Part shown: positions 17,139 through 24,788 of the stretch, in pieces
Position numbering within the stretch: position 1 is the first letter of the stretch
Layout: each line of letters begins with the position of its first letter
Origin: a virus
Lineage: Duplodnaviria; Caudoviricetes
Reading direction: 5' to 3' (one strand)
DNA length: 28,580 bases
IMG/VR virus record: IMGVR_UViG_3300031757_000376
Span: 1 to 28,580 of that record
Notes under the pieces: generated by a model
Database searches by the model: none
Told to the model about the DNA's origin: nothing
The model's input: the letters and a program-made list of their open reading frames with translations, nothing else
Translations under genes and position numbers: made by a program

Positions 17139-17582
17139 CTATAAAAGGCCGTTAGTAAACTTGGTCCACTCAATAGCGTTTTTGATATCGAAAGAACGGC
17201 TATTTAAACTCCTCATAACACCCTCTATAAGGGTTATACAAGTGTCTATATACTCGACTTTATCAGTTAGTTTAATAATATCTGGGTCTGTATCTAAGAA
17301 GTCATTCATCTGATTATTCAAAGGAGCGTTACCTAGGTACTGATCCCAGCCAAACTCATTAAGCTCTTGTTGTGTTAATTCCCCTCGATAATACTTCCAC
17401 TTGATACGTCGTAGGGATAGTAAGTTGGATTTATTTTTGCGCAACTGTAATTTAAACGTAGACAACATGTTTAAATACTTGGCATGAAGTTCTGGTGTTT
17501 TTGTAGACTCAGGACCTAAATTTAAGTCGTCAATTTTACAATCTTCAACCCACATGTCCTGCAGTTCATTTAATGTAATCAT
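17139..17582 (-). CDS. uvsY: UvsY recombination mediator
   Basis: WKYYRGE, FLDTDPD and RSFDIKNAIEW; lies next to uvsW. Likely start is MITLNELQ at 17582, downstream of the promoter. Confidence 0.9.
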   Translation of the reverse strand: MITLNELQDMWVEDCKIDDLNLGPESTKTPELHAKYLNMLSTFKLQLRKNKSNLLSLRRIKWKYYRGELTQQELNEFGWDQYLGNAPLNNQMNDFLDTDPDIIKLTDKVEYIDTCITLIEGVMRSLNSRSFDIKNAIEWTKFTNGLL

Positions 17583-17588
17583 AGTATA

Positions 17589-17617
17589 ATTATAGTTGAT
17601 ACCTAACCAAGGATCAA
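17589..17617 (-). promoter_or_regulatory. sigma70-like promoter of uvsY-uvsW-gp55
   Basis: TTGATC-17 nt-TATAAT, ending 6 nt before the uvsY ATG. Confidence 0.72.
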
Positions 17618-17633
17618 GTAACAAGAGTACCGT

Positions 17634-18518
17634 TTAATCGGCTTCGTCAGTGATTGTAATAATAAGATTTTGTTTTACTGTTGTTGTACCGTCTGTAACG
17701 CTAACTGTCGTTGTATAACGGTCCTTGACTTCATAATTTGGTGCAGTACCGAATGTTAATACTCCAGTTGATGAGACTATACTCATAGAACTTGCATCAC
17801 CACCTGCTATACTGTAAGTCAATGTATTATTCTCAGGATCAGTAGCTACAATGGTACCAATTGCTGTTTGGTTCTCTGCTGCCCAGAAGAACCCTGATGA
17901 AGTAATAGTTGGTCCAACATTAGTAGGTACAAACGAAACAGGCTGTGTTGTTGTTTCAATTATATAATCTCTGTATCTAAACATAGCCACACCAACCATA
18001 TAGTCTGTTTGGCCTGATGATATTTCAAAGTCTAACCCTTGTAAACTAACAGGGAAAGCATCTCTAAATATAAATTGAGTTTGTGGATTATTGTTTGAGT
18101 CTAATAGAAACAAGCTGGCATCTGATGAAGTAAATGCTTTGGGTTCAACATCTGGAAACCTATATGTTTGTGTGTCTTTAAATGTTTGGTGTTGTTTGTG
18201 ATCCTCTGGAAAGCCTAGTCCGATAAGCCAGTCATATAACTCTTTATAGTTTTTCATGTCCTCTTGAATCAAGAACCGTATCATTAACACACCAAAGTCT
18301 AATTTGTCTCCTGCATGTGGTATATCAACAAGTGGTGTGGGAAATACTGCCGGTGGTAGATTCATTTCCGGAATGTTTGCTGCTTGACAGAAGTAAGACA
18401 CGTTAGGAATATTATGTATCTGAAATTTAAAGGCATTGGGTCGTAAATAATCCAGTTCATTAGGATTATTACTGCTCCAACTTGCCTCCGTTACATTAGC
18501 AATATTTGTTGTTGTCAT
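17634..18518 (-). CDS. gp3: Tail completion / sheath stabiliser gp3 with C-terminal cadherin-like domain
   Basis: YLRPNAFKF, YFCQAANIP, FLIQEDMKNYKELYDW and FRDAFPVSL match gp3. The last ~95 aa are cadherin-like (AENQTAIGTIVATDPE..LTYSI..TGVLTF..PNYE..VSVTDG). Confidence 0.88.
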   Translation of the reverse strand: MTTTNIANVTEASWSSNNPNELDYLRPNAFKFQIHNIPNVSYFCQAANIPEMNLPPAVFPTPLVDIPHAGDKLDFGVLMIRFLIQEDMKNYKELYDWLIGLGFPEDHKQHQTFKDTQTYRFPDVEPKAFTSSDASLFLLDSNNNPQTQFIFRDAFPVSLQGLDFEISSGQTDYMVGVAMFRYRDYIIETTTQPVSFVPTNVGPTITSSGFFWAAENQTAIGTIVATDPENNTLTYSIAGGDASSMSIVSSTGVLTFGTAPNYEVKDRYTTTVSVTDGTTTVKQNLIITITDEAD

Positions 18519-18670
18519 CTACCTTGTCCTCTGTATTTCTTGTGACTCTTTCTTTTGTTTTTGTTCATTGTACTTGTAGAAATTTTAACTCTTCTTCCAC
18601 GTCCGCCTTGTCCTTGGCTTGAACACTTTTTTGTTGGTGTCAACCCTTTAAACTTTCCTATATATGCCAT
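18515..18670 (-). CDS. 51-aa highly basic peptide
   Basis: Manual translation: MAYIGKFKGLTPTKKCSSQGQGGRGRRVKISTSTMNKNKRKSHKKYRGQGR*. ATGA overlap with gp3. The KKYRGQG ending is a motif I recall from T4-like aquatic phages. Confidence 0.78.
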   Translation of the reverse strand: MAYIGKFKGLTPTKKCSSQGQGGRGRRVKISTSTMNKNKRKSHKKYRGQGR

Positions 18671-18683
18671 AATAATTTATAAT

Positions 18684-19007
18684 TTAAAACTGTACCGATA
18701 CTCCACACCCACACGCTGATGACTGTTGAGGATTATTAAATTGAAACCCTTCGTTTAATCCGTCCCTCATCCAACTAATAGTAGTACCATCTAAATAATT
18801 TTCTGATAAGGAGCATACCCACATCTTAAATTTTCCAAAATCTATTTCGATATCACTCTCTTCTAGTGGTGCGTCAGCATAATCAAATTCATATTCGAAT
18901 CCTGCACACCCTCCGCCTATTAAGGCAAACCGTATGCCTTGTCTTTTATTACTCTCTACCTTTTCGATAGCATGTAGTAAGGCATCATCAGTAAAATCTA
19001 TATTCAT
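18684..19007 (-). CDS. iscA: A-type Fe-S carrier (IscA/HesB family)
   Basis: GGGCAGFEY, YLDGTTISW and FNNPQQSSACGCGVS. Confidence 0.93.
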   Translation of the reverse strand: MNIDFTDDALLHAIEKVESNKRQGIRFALIGGGCAGFEYEFDYADAPLEESDIEIDFGKFKMWVCSLSENYLDGTTISWMRDGLNEGFQFNNPQQSSACGCGVSVQF

Positions 19008-19432
19008 TCAGGTCCTCTATTATGTTTACGATCCGTTTTCTTCTGTTCCCAATGCACAATTGCTTGATTAATGCTAGCCTCTGCTAATACAGAACAATGT
19101 AACTTAATAGGCGGTAACTCTAATGCTTTTGCTATATCTCTATCTTTAATAAGTTTAGCCTCTTCAATCGTCCTACCCTTAAGCATGTCCACAAACAATG
19201 TTGAACTCGCTATTGCTGAGCCACAACCATAAGTCTTAAATTTCACATCTAAAATTGTATCCGTTTCCGGATCTAATTTGAGATCTAACTTCATGACATC
19301 TCCACAAGCTGGTGCTCCTGTCATTCCAGTGGCAACATCTGGATCATTAGGATCAAATCTGCCTACTGCATGTTTCTCTGGGTTTTTTAATACTGATTCA
19401 AATCTTTCTACTACCTGTTTACTGTACGCCAT
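19004..19432 (-). CDS. iscU: Fe-S scaffold IscU
   Basis: MAYSKQV, GAPACGDVMKL, FKTYGCGSAIASS and LPPIKLHCSVLAE (LPPVK-type motif). Confidence 0.95.
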   Translation of the reverse strand: MAYSKQVVERFESVLKNPEKHAVGRFDPNDPDVATGMTGAPACGDVMKLDLKLDPETDTILDVKFKTYGCGSAIASSTLFVDMLKGRTIEEAKLIKDRDIAKALELPPIKLHCSVLAEASINQAIVHWEQKKTDRKHNRGPE

Positions 19433-19454
19433 GCGGCCTCCGTTAATGTAATAG

Positions 19455-19462
19455 TATTTATA
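19455..19462 (-). promoter_or_regulatory. T4 late promoter TATAAATA
   Basis: Exact consensus, upstream of the iscU SD (GGAGG). Confidence 0.75.
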
Positions 19463-19522
19463 ATACTTTCATTGTAACCAGAAGTAAAGAAGGTTGAATA
19501 CCAATTTAATAAATACTGTAAT

Positions 19523-20050
19523 ATGTTTTACTATAACGATAATAAACTATGTGTTGTTTGCCTTGAAAGGTGTGGCCATACCAGCATGTTTGATTATTTT
19601 AACATACCTCCTTGGACCCAACAAAACCTTTTTGATTTTGAGACTGATCAACCCTTTTGGGTAAGGGACTTCAAACTGACAAAAACAAAAGAAAAAATTG
19701 TTGTTGTGCGGAACCCCTACGATAGACTTTTATCTGCAATCAAGAGTTCAAAATATATTTCTCACTTATCACCTTGGCGGAAAACAGATTGGATAAGAAG
19801 TCATTCTGTCCACTACCTGTTTAGATTAACTGATACTAAATTTAATATCATAGACTTTAATAAATTAAAAAACTATATTGGTCAACCCCACCAGGCACTG
19901 AAGACAAATTCTGTTGCGTTTGGGCATAAAGAAATTTTTAATGAGTTTTGGAGTGAGGAAGAGATGGAACGTGAATTCGTAGCATACAATAAAATAATGG
20001 AAGAGAGGACACCTATTACTGTAACTCATTGGAAAGACCTTTATAAATAA
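19523..20050 (+). CDS. Sulfotransferase-family-like protein
   Basis: ERCGHTSM resembles the 5'-PSB (PKxGxTS) motif and VVRNPYDRLLS the 3'-PB motif. Confidence 0.6.
   Translation: MFYYNDNKLCVVCLERCGHTSMFDYFNIPPWTQQNLFDFETDQPFWVRDFKLTKTKEKIVVVRNPYDRLLSAIKSSKYISHLSPWRKTDWIRSHSVHYLFRLTDTKFNIIDFNKLKNYIGQPHQALKTNSVAFGHKEIFNEFWSEEEMEREFVAYNKIMEERTPITVTHWKDLYK
20042..20049 (+). promoter_or_regulatory. T4 late promoter TATAAATA
   Basis: Exact consensus overlapping the previous stop codon, upstream of 20096. Confidence 0.65.
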
Positions 20051-20095
20051 TTGTGTCCATTAAGGACATGACACAAACACACACAGGAGAATATT

Positions 20096-20311
20096 ATGTC
20101 AGATAATAAATCAGGGTTCGAAATCAGAGCCGACTTACTTTCACAAGCACAAGGTATCCTACAGGATAACCATCAAAGAAAAGTTGATGCCGTTTTTATG
20201 CACAACGATTCATTTCCTAACGATAAAAAGCCTATGCCTACAACCAGCATCTCAGCAAGTGATGTTATTGCAGTGGCACAAGAGCTTAACGAATTCGTTA
20301 ATCAAAAGTAA
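20096..20311 (+). CDS. Conserved small hypothetical phage protein
   Basis: AGGAGA SD; GFEIRADLL and DVIAVAQELNEFV motifs; followed by a terminator. Confidence 0.8.
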   Translation: MSDNKSGFEIRADLLSQAQGILQDNHQRKVDAVFMHNDSFPNDKKPMPTTSISASDVIAVAQELNEFVNQK

Positions 20312-20322
20312 ATCTTTTAGAT

Positions 20323-20351
20323 AAAAAAACACCCGCGATCGCGGGTGTTTT
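20323..20351. terminator. Bidirectional intrinsic terminator between convergent genes
   Basis: AAAACACCCGC-GATC-GCGGGTGTTTT, a perfect 26-bp palindrome at 20326-20351 with T-runs on both strands, downstream of gp23. Confidence 0.88.
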
Positions 20352-20382
20352 CAGTTTAACCTTATAAAGGTTACGACTTAAT

Positions 20383-21648
20383 TTACATTAAGTTTGTAAC
20401 TTTTACTGATCTATAATACTGGTTACGATCTGCTGTAAATGTGTCAGCATCTGTAGTTCCGTCAGCCTTCATTACAAATGGGTTAGCAATCATGCCATAC
20501 CTAGTCTTGAAACCAATCTTAGGTTGGAATGTGCTAGGGTCTATGGCCCTAACCATTTGAAGTGGGACGTATGGACAGTAGAAAAGACCTGCGTCATAAG
20601 GGCTAGTGCCTTTATAACCTGCTACATAGAACTGACTAGCAGCTCCTGTGTTAGCAGAATATGGATCTATGTAAACTCTGTAACGACCGTTTAGAACTCC
20701 GGCAAATGTATTACCTGTGTCATCAACGTTTAAATTTGTTGATAATGCTGGAGCATAGTCTAAAACACCAGCCATTGCAAGAGCAGAAGCCACGTCTGAA
20801 GAACAGATAATAAAATTACCTTTTCCACGTCTTGTGTCTTGTGCAATTACGTTAGCATCGCGTTCAATGTTAAACAATAGACCTTTAAATCTTTCTACAG
20901 ACCACCTACCGTTACTGTCGACATCTAAGTCAAAAGTTCCAGCCGTAGCAGTTGAGGCTGAGCCTGTTTTTGCTACTTTGTAAATAGTTCTGATTACCTC
21001 ACGGTTAATTTCAGCAAGTATTTCCTGTGAAAGGATGTTACTTAGCTCGGATTCTGCATCTAAACCATGAACAGCTTTTAAATCTTGTGCAAGTTCAACT
21101 GTGTATTCTGCTTTCAATGCTCTTGATTTAGCAGTAACAGTTGTCTTCTCGATTGAAAACGCCATTTCATTAAGTGTAGTTGAGTCTCCGAAGCCTTCAG
21201 CTGTGCTTGTAGATACACCAGCGCCAGTTGTGTAGGTACCATCTACTGGATTAGCTCCAGCATGTGTTCCTGCACCCGAAAAGTCTGTATCAGCTTCGTT
21301 AAATAAAGCCTCTGTACCAGCCATTGTGGTATAGTGTGACTTCATTGCGAAGATAAGACCTGTTGGGCCTGACATAGGTTGTACGCCACAAACGTCATAA
21401 GCCATAAGGTTAGGCAAAGCACGTCTAACTAACGATATTAATATCGGATCGTAGTTGTCAACGCCTGCACCTGTTTGGTTTGTGTGTGTAGCCTCGAAAA
21501 GAGCTTCCTTCTCCTCACGGAGAGCCTTCTCCTGATTTTCGAGCACTACTGTCGTAACCGCACGCTTGTAAGGATCCGAGATCTCTTGTAGATCAGGATG
21601 CTGCAATACGGGCTGCCACTTTTTCTGTAGTTCTTCTGAAAGATACAT
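20383..21648 (-). CDS. gp23: Major capsid protein gp23
   Basis: LISLVRR, CGVQPMSGPTGLIFAM, KSRALKAEYTVELAQDLKAVHGLDAE and FQPKIGFKTRYG. Confidence 0.98.
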   Translation of the reverse strand: MYLSEELQKKWQPVLQHPDLQEISDPYKRAVTTVVLENQEKALREEKEALFEATHTNQTGAGVDNYDPILISLVRRALPNLMAYDVCGVQPMSGPTGLIFAMKSHYTTMAGTEALFNEADTDFSGAGTHAGANPVDGTYTTGAGVSTSTAEGFGDSTTLNEMAFSIEKTTVTAKSRALKAEYTVELAQDLKAVHGLDAESELSNILSQEILAEINREVIRTIYKVAKTGSASTATAGTFDLDVDSNGRWSVERFKGLLFNIERDANVIAQDTRRGKGNFIICSSDVASALAMAGVLDYAPALSTNLNVDDTGNTFAGVLNGRYRVYIDPYSANTGAASQFYVAGYKGTSPYDAGLFYCPYVPLQMVRAIDPSTFQPKIGFKTRYGMIANPFVMKADGTTDADTFTADRNQYYRSVKVTNLM

Positions 21649-21691
21649 CAGTTTCTCCTTGTTTTACGTTTGTTATTTATTATAACCTAAT

Positions 21692-21699
21692 TATTTATA
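21692..21699 (-). promoter_or_regulatory. T4 late promoter TATAAATA
   Basis: Exact consensus upstream of gp23. Confidence 0.8.
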
Positions 21700-21705
21700 A
21701 TAATT

Positions 21706-23043
21706 TTAATTTTTAACATCGGAAAACTTGACCGCTTGAGAAATACCTTGTACATATTTACTCATCACAGTTCCGTCTTCTAATGTTCCCTGATCAACGC
21801 TATCTTCTAGCTTATCGCTATCATCTGCTTTCGCTTTAGGAAAATAATTTTCCTTGATAACATTTAGTTTAGAAGTGTACATCTCTTCGTTGTCGTAAGT
21901 TACGTCAGCGATTAGAGTTGCAAACTTTTCAACCTCTGTTTCAGCTAGATCGTCAACCACGGAACGGAATACTCTTTCCTTTTGCAGTTGTTCCCTGTCT
22001 TCGCTGATTTCAACGGACTTGTTAATCTCTTCGTCTAACTTAGATTTTAACTCGTCTATTTCTTTTTGTTGAGTTGTTAGTACATCGAATTTTTCTTCAG
22101 GAACATCGATGTAATGGTTTTGGAATGTCTCTTTAAGATCTTTAATAAAGCTCTCAGTGATTTCATTCTTAAGACCATTCTCAACAGCTAGTTCATTCTC
22201 TGACATCCATTGCTCAGTTACATAACTGAGATATTTGTCAATGTTTTCTACTAGCTTTGCTTTAGCTTCTTCGAAAGCCTTGTTGGCTTCCTCAACAAGT
22301 TCGTCTTCAATAGAATCGATTTGTTGATTGACTCGAGCTACAACGACAGTCTCAAATAATGAGGCTGCTTTTGTTTTGAATTCTTCTGAAAGATGCTCTT
22401 CGTCGGCAAATAAGTTAGCAATGTCTTCTTCAAAAAGTGTTTCGGAAGATTCTTCCTCTTCTTCATCAGTTTCTTCAGCGACGACTTCTTCTTCTGCCTC
22501 TGCTGTTACTTCTTCTTCCTTTGGTGCTTCCTCAACAGTATCTTCTTCTGCTACGACTTCATCTTCAGTCTCAATAACTTCTTCTAAAGTTTCTTCGCCT
22601 TCGCTACCTTCTTCACTCTCGCCAACAGGTCCTCTGTTGCCTGCTGAGCTAGGTTGGTTAACTACTGTACGAGCGTCCGTAGTATCTGTGTAGTTAGGTG
22701 CTTTACCAGCACCGTCACCTTCTAGTCCAGGAGCCTTAGATGCTTTATCTGAAGCTGCCTTTCCTACTGGGCTTGTTAATCCACCTTCTGGGTTGCTAGT
22801 ACCACTAAGGTCTTGCTGCTCAGGATTAGGATTGGAATTACCTTGTAAAGGATTAGTTTTGTCACCAGCTGTTTTGTCCAACGGACGGTGTGGGTCCGCG
22901 GAAGATGTAGGTAAGTTAGCTCTTGAACTACCGCCTTGCATAGGTGGTTGTCGATCGCCAGCTTCCTGTTCATCTATAACTGCTACGGTATCGTCTTGCA
23001 ACTTACCTTCAAGCAGTTCTCTGATTTTGGATTCTACTCCCAT
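21706..23043 (-). CDS. gp22: Prohead core scaffold gp22
   Basis: Acidic coiled-coil; LSEEFKTKAASLFE, YLSYVTEQWMSENELA and IKENYF; lies between gp21 and gp23. Confidence 0.93.
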   Translation of the reverse strand: MGVESKIRELLEGKLQDDTVAVIDEQEAGDRQPPMQGGSSRANLPTSSADPHRPLDKTAGDKTNPLQGNSNPNPEQQDLSGTSNPEGGLTSPVGKAASDKASKAPGLEGDGAGKAPNYTDTTDARTVVNQPSSAGNRGPVGESEEGSEGEETLEEVIETEDEVVAEEDTVEEAPKEEEVTAEAEEEVVAEETDEEEEESSETLFEEDIANLFADEEHLSEEFKTKAASLFETVVVARVNQQIDSIEDELVEEANKAFEEAKAKLVENIDKYLSYVTEQWMSENELAVENGLKNEITESFIKDLKETFQNHYIDVPEEKFDVLTTQQKEIDELKSKLDEEINKSVEISEDREQLQKERVFRSVVDDLAETEVEKFATLIADVTYDNEEMYTSKLNVIKENYFPKAKADDSDKLEDSVDQGTLEDGTVMSKYVQGISQAVKFSDVKN

Positions 23044-23094
23044 TTCTTCTCTCCTTATTTTCGGATTATCTAGTTTTTATATAATCTAATAAAC

Positions 23095-23108
23095 TATTTA
23101 TATTTATA
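23095..23108 (-). promoter_or_regulatory. Two overlapping T4 late promoters
   Basis: TATAAATATAAATA upstream of gp22. Confidence 0.75.
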
Positions 23109-23118
23109 CAGATTTCTA

Positions 23119-23778
23119 TTAGATTTTGGACAGTTTTTCTAAGAAATTGTTAAAGACTTGGAGCTTTTCTTCTTCTAAATGTGCTGAATTTGCACCAGAA
23201 ATAGTGGCTCTAGCCTCTTCAATATCTTGTTCTGTCCATTTACCATTAACAAAAATCCATTCCTTACCCTCCATAATGCCGCTTACAAAAGCGTCTGGGG
23301 CGCTAGGATCTGCAACAATATCTGCTGCTGTCGCTAACATAAAGTCATCTTGTACTTCGTTAATGCCGTTCCTCTCTTTGAGGGAGCCTAAACCACGTGA
23401 ACTAACACCTAGTTGAGCACCTTCGCTAATGAGTTCTTTTACAATCTTACCCATAGGCGTGTCCATGACTTTCGCTCTACCGATATAATTGTTGCCGTCT
23501 TCCTTAAGAGATACTATCATGTGCGAGACACGGTCTAAATTAACCGTTGGTCCGTCAGGATGTCCTAACTCTCCATAAGCTCGTTTTGTTAAAACATTCT
23601 CTTTAACATAACGATTTACTTCTCGCTGCATAATCTCTCTAGGATATATACGACCGTTTTTGTTCTTTAAATCTGATTGTAAGAACACACCTTCGATAAA
23701 CACGTTAGGTTTCTTCGGGTCCTTACTCTCTTCTGTGAGGTATGATATGCTCTCGTTAAATTCTTTAATTAATCTCAT
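23119..23778 (-). CDS. gp21: Prohead protease gp21
   Basis: NKNGRIYP, GELGHP, VSHMI, GVSSRGLGS and DIVADPSAPDAFV. Confidence 0.97.
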   Translation of the reverse strand: MRLIKEFNESISYLTEESKDPKKPNVFIEGVFLQSDLKNKNGRIYPREIMQREVNRYVKENVLTKRAYGELGHPDGPTVNLDRVSHMIVSLKEDGNNYIGRAKVMDTPMGKIVKELISEGAQLGVSSRGLGSLKERNGINEVQDDFMLATAADIVADPSAPDAFVSGIMEGKEWIFVNGKWTEQDIEEARATISGANSAHLEEEKLQVFNNFLEKLSKI

Positions 23779-23781
23779 GGC

Positions 23782-24207
23782 CTATCCTAATGATCCGCCG
23801 TCATACACACTTCCTGCATCGTCAGTGTCTAATGGTGCGTCTTGATGTTGTTGTGAACCATATCCGGATACTTTAGCACAATCTATTATGACTGTACCGC
23901 CTGCTCCGCCTGCTATTACGACTTCAATGTTTGATGTGTTTTCTGAATTGTCGCTAAAGCCGTAGAAATCTTGTGATCCACTCTCATGTAGTTCATATAA
24001 AACAACGGAGTTTCTTTGCACTTTGGCACTTGCTCCGCTTGATAAGGTCCAATGAAGTCCTTTAATGTTTACTGCTGGGGAGCTTTGCGTTTCAGTTGAC
24101 TTCTTTAACGTTGTCGCTAAAGCAATTGTTCCTGTCGCTGCAGTCCCCCTAACACTAACCACGCCCTGGACTTGGGTTAATTTTAAGTTGTTTACTGTGA
24201 CTGCCAT
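23782..24207 (-). CDS. Hypothetical protein, probably virion-associated
   Basis: 141 aa, G/S/T/A-rich and beta-strand-like, located in the head operon. Confidence 0.65.
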   Translation of the reverse strand: MAVTVNNLKLTQVQGVVSVRGTAATGTIALATTLKKSTETQSSPAVNIKGLHWTLSSGASAKVQRNSVVLYELHESGSQDFYGFSDNSENTSNIEVVIAGGAGGTVIIDCAKVSGYGSQQHQDAPLDTDDAGSVYDGGSLG

Positions 24208-24215
24208 TTGTTTTC

Positions 24216-24524
24216 CTATGTTGGTAAGTTATATTTCTTTTTATTCGTGTGGTTAATATGTTTATTCTCTTCAAGAACCTTTACGTTCTTGTCATCCACT
24301 TCAACTTTTTCTATACCGTGTTCAAACATAACTCTATACCAGGATATATTTCCATATGCATCTGGTTCTGCATGTTCACCTATAATAGTTTTGCCTTCTT
24401 TCCACTCTTTGTGGAAAATTTTACTAGCGCACATGTGCTTATCGCCTTCAAGTGAGCCTTTGGCAACACCATCGGTAGGAGCCTCGGTAATAACCCCTTC
24501 CCTGTAATCTTTAAACGTTCTCAT
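24216..24524 (-). CDS. Hypothetical head-operon protein (gp68 position)
   Basis: Likely start MRTFKDYRE at 24524; HMCASKIFH...WYRVMFEHGIE. Assigned by position only. Confidence 0.6.
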   Translation of the reverse strand: MRTFKDYREGVITEAPTDGVAKGSLEGDKHMCASKIFHKEWKEGKTIIGEHAEPDAYGNISWYRVMFEHGIEKVEVDDKNVKVLEENKHINHTNKKKYNLPT

Positions 24525-24786
24525 CGTTTGTCTCAACAGGCATACCTGTTGTTGTATCAATATCAACCAATTCTAATGGTTCACCTTCTACAGGAATGCC
24601 TTCGGGCGCTACGCTTTGTGGGTGAAACATCTGTTTTGCTGTTTCAACCTTTGCTGCATCCATTGCATTGTTTGTCCTGTCTTGCATTAAATCATTAAAG
24701 TTTGTTTGAACTTCTGACGCTTTACCAGCGATCATGTTGTCTAACATGTCTTTAATTTCTTTACTTTGATCTAAATCTTCTGCCAT
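24511..24786 (-). CDS. Prohead core protein, gp67-like
   Basis: Small acidic protein immediately downstream of the portal gene, with a GGAGG SD. Confidence 0.65.
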   Translation of the reverse strand: MAEDLDQSKEIKDMLDNMIAGKASEVQTNFNDLMQDRTNNAMDAAKVETAKQMFHPQSVAPEGIPVEGEPLELVDIDTTTGMPVETNDENV

Positions 24787-24788
24787 TT

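Noticed and set aside
22328-23416. Ser-rich plus-strand ORFs
   Set aside because: Antisense reading of Glu-rich gp22 and gp21 codons (GAA reads as TTC/TCT on the other strand).
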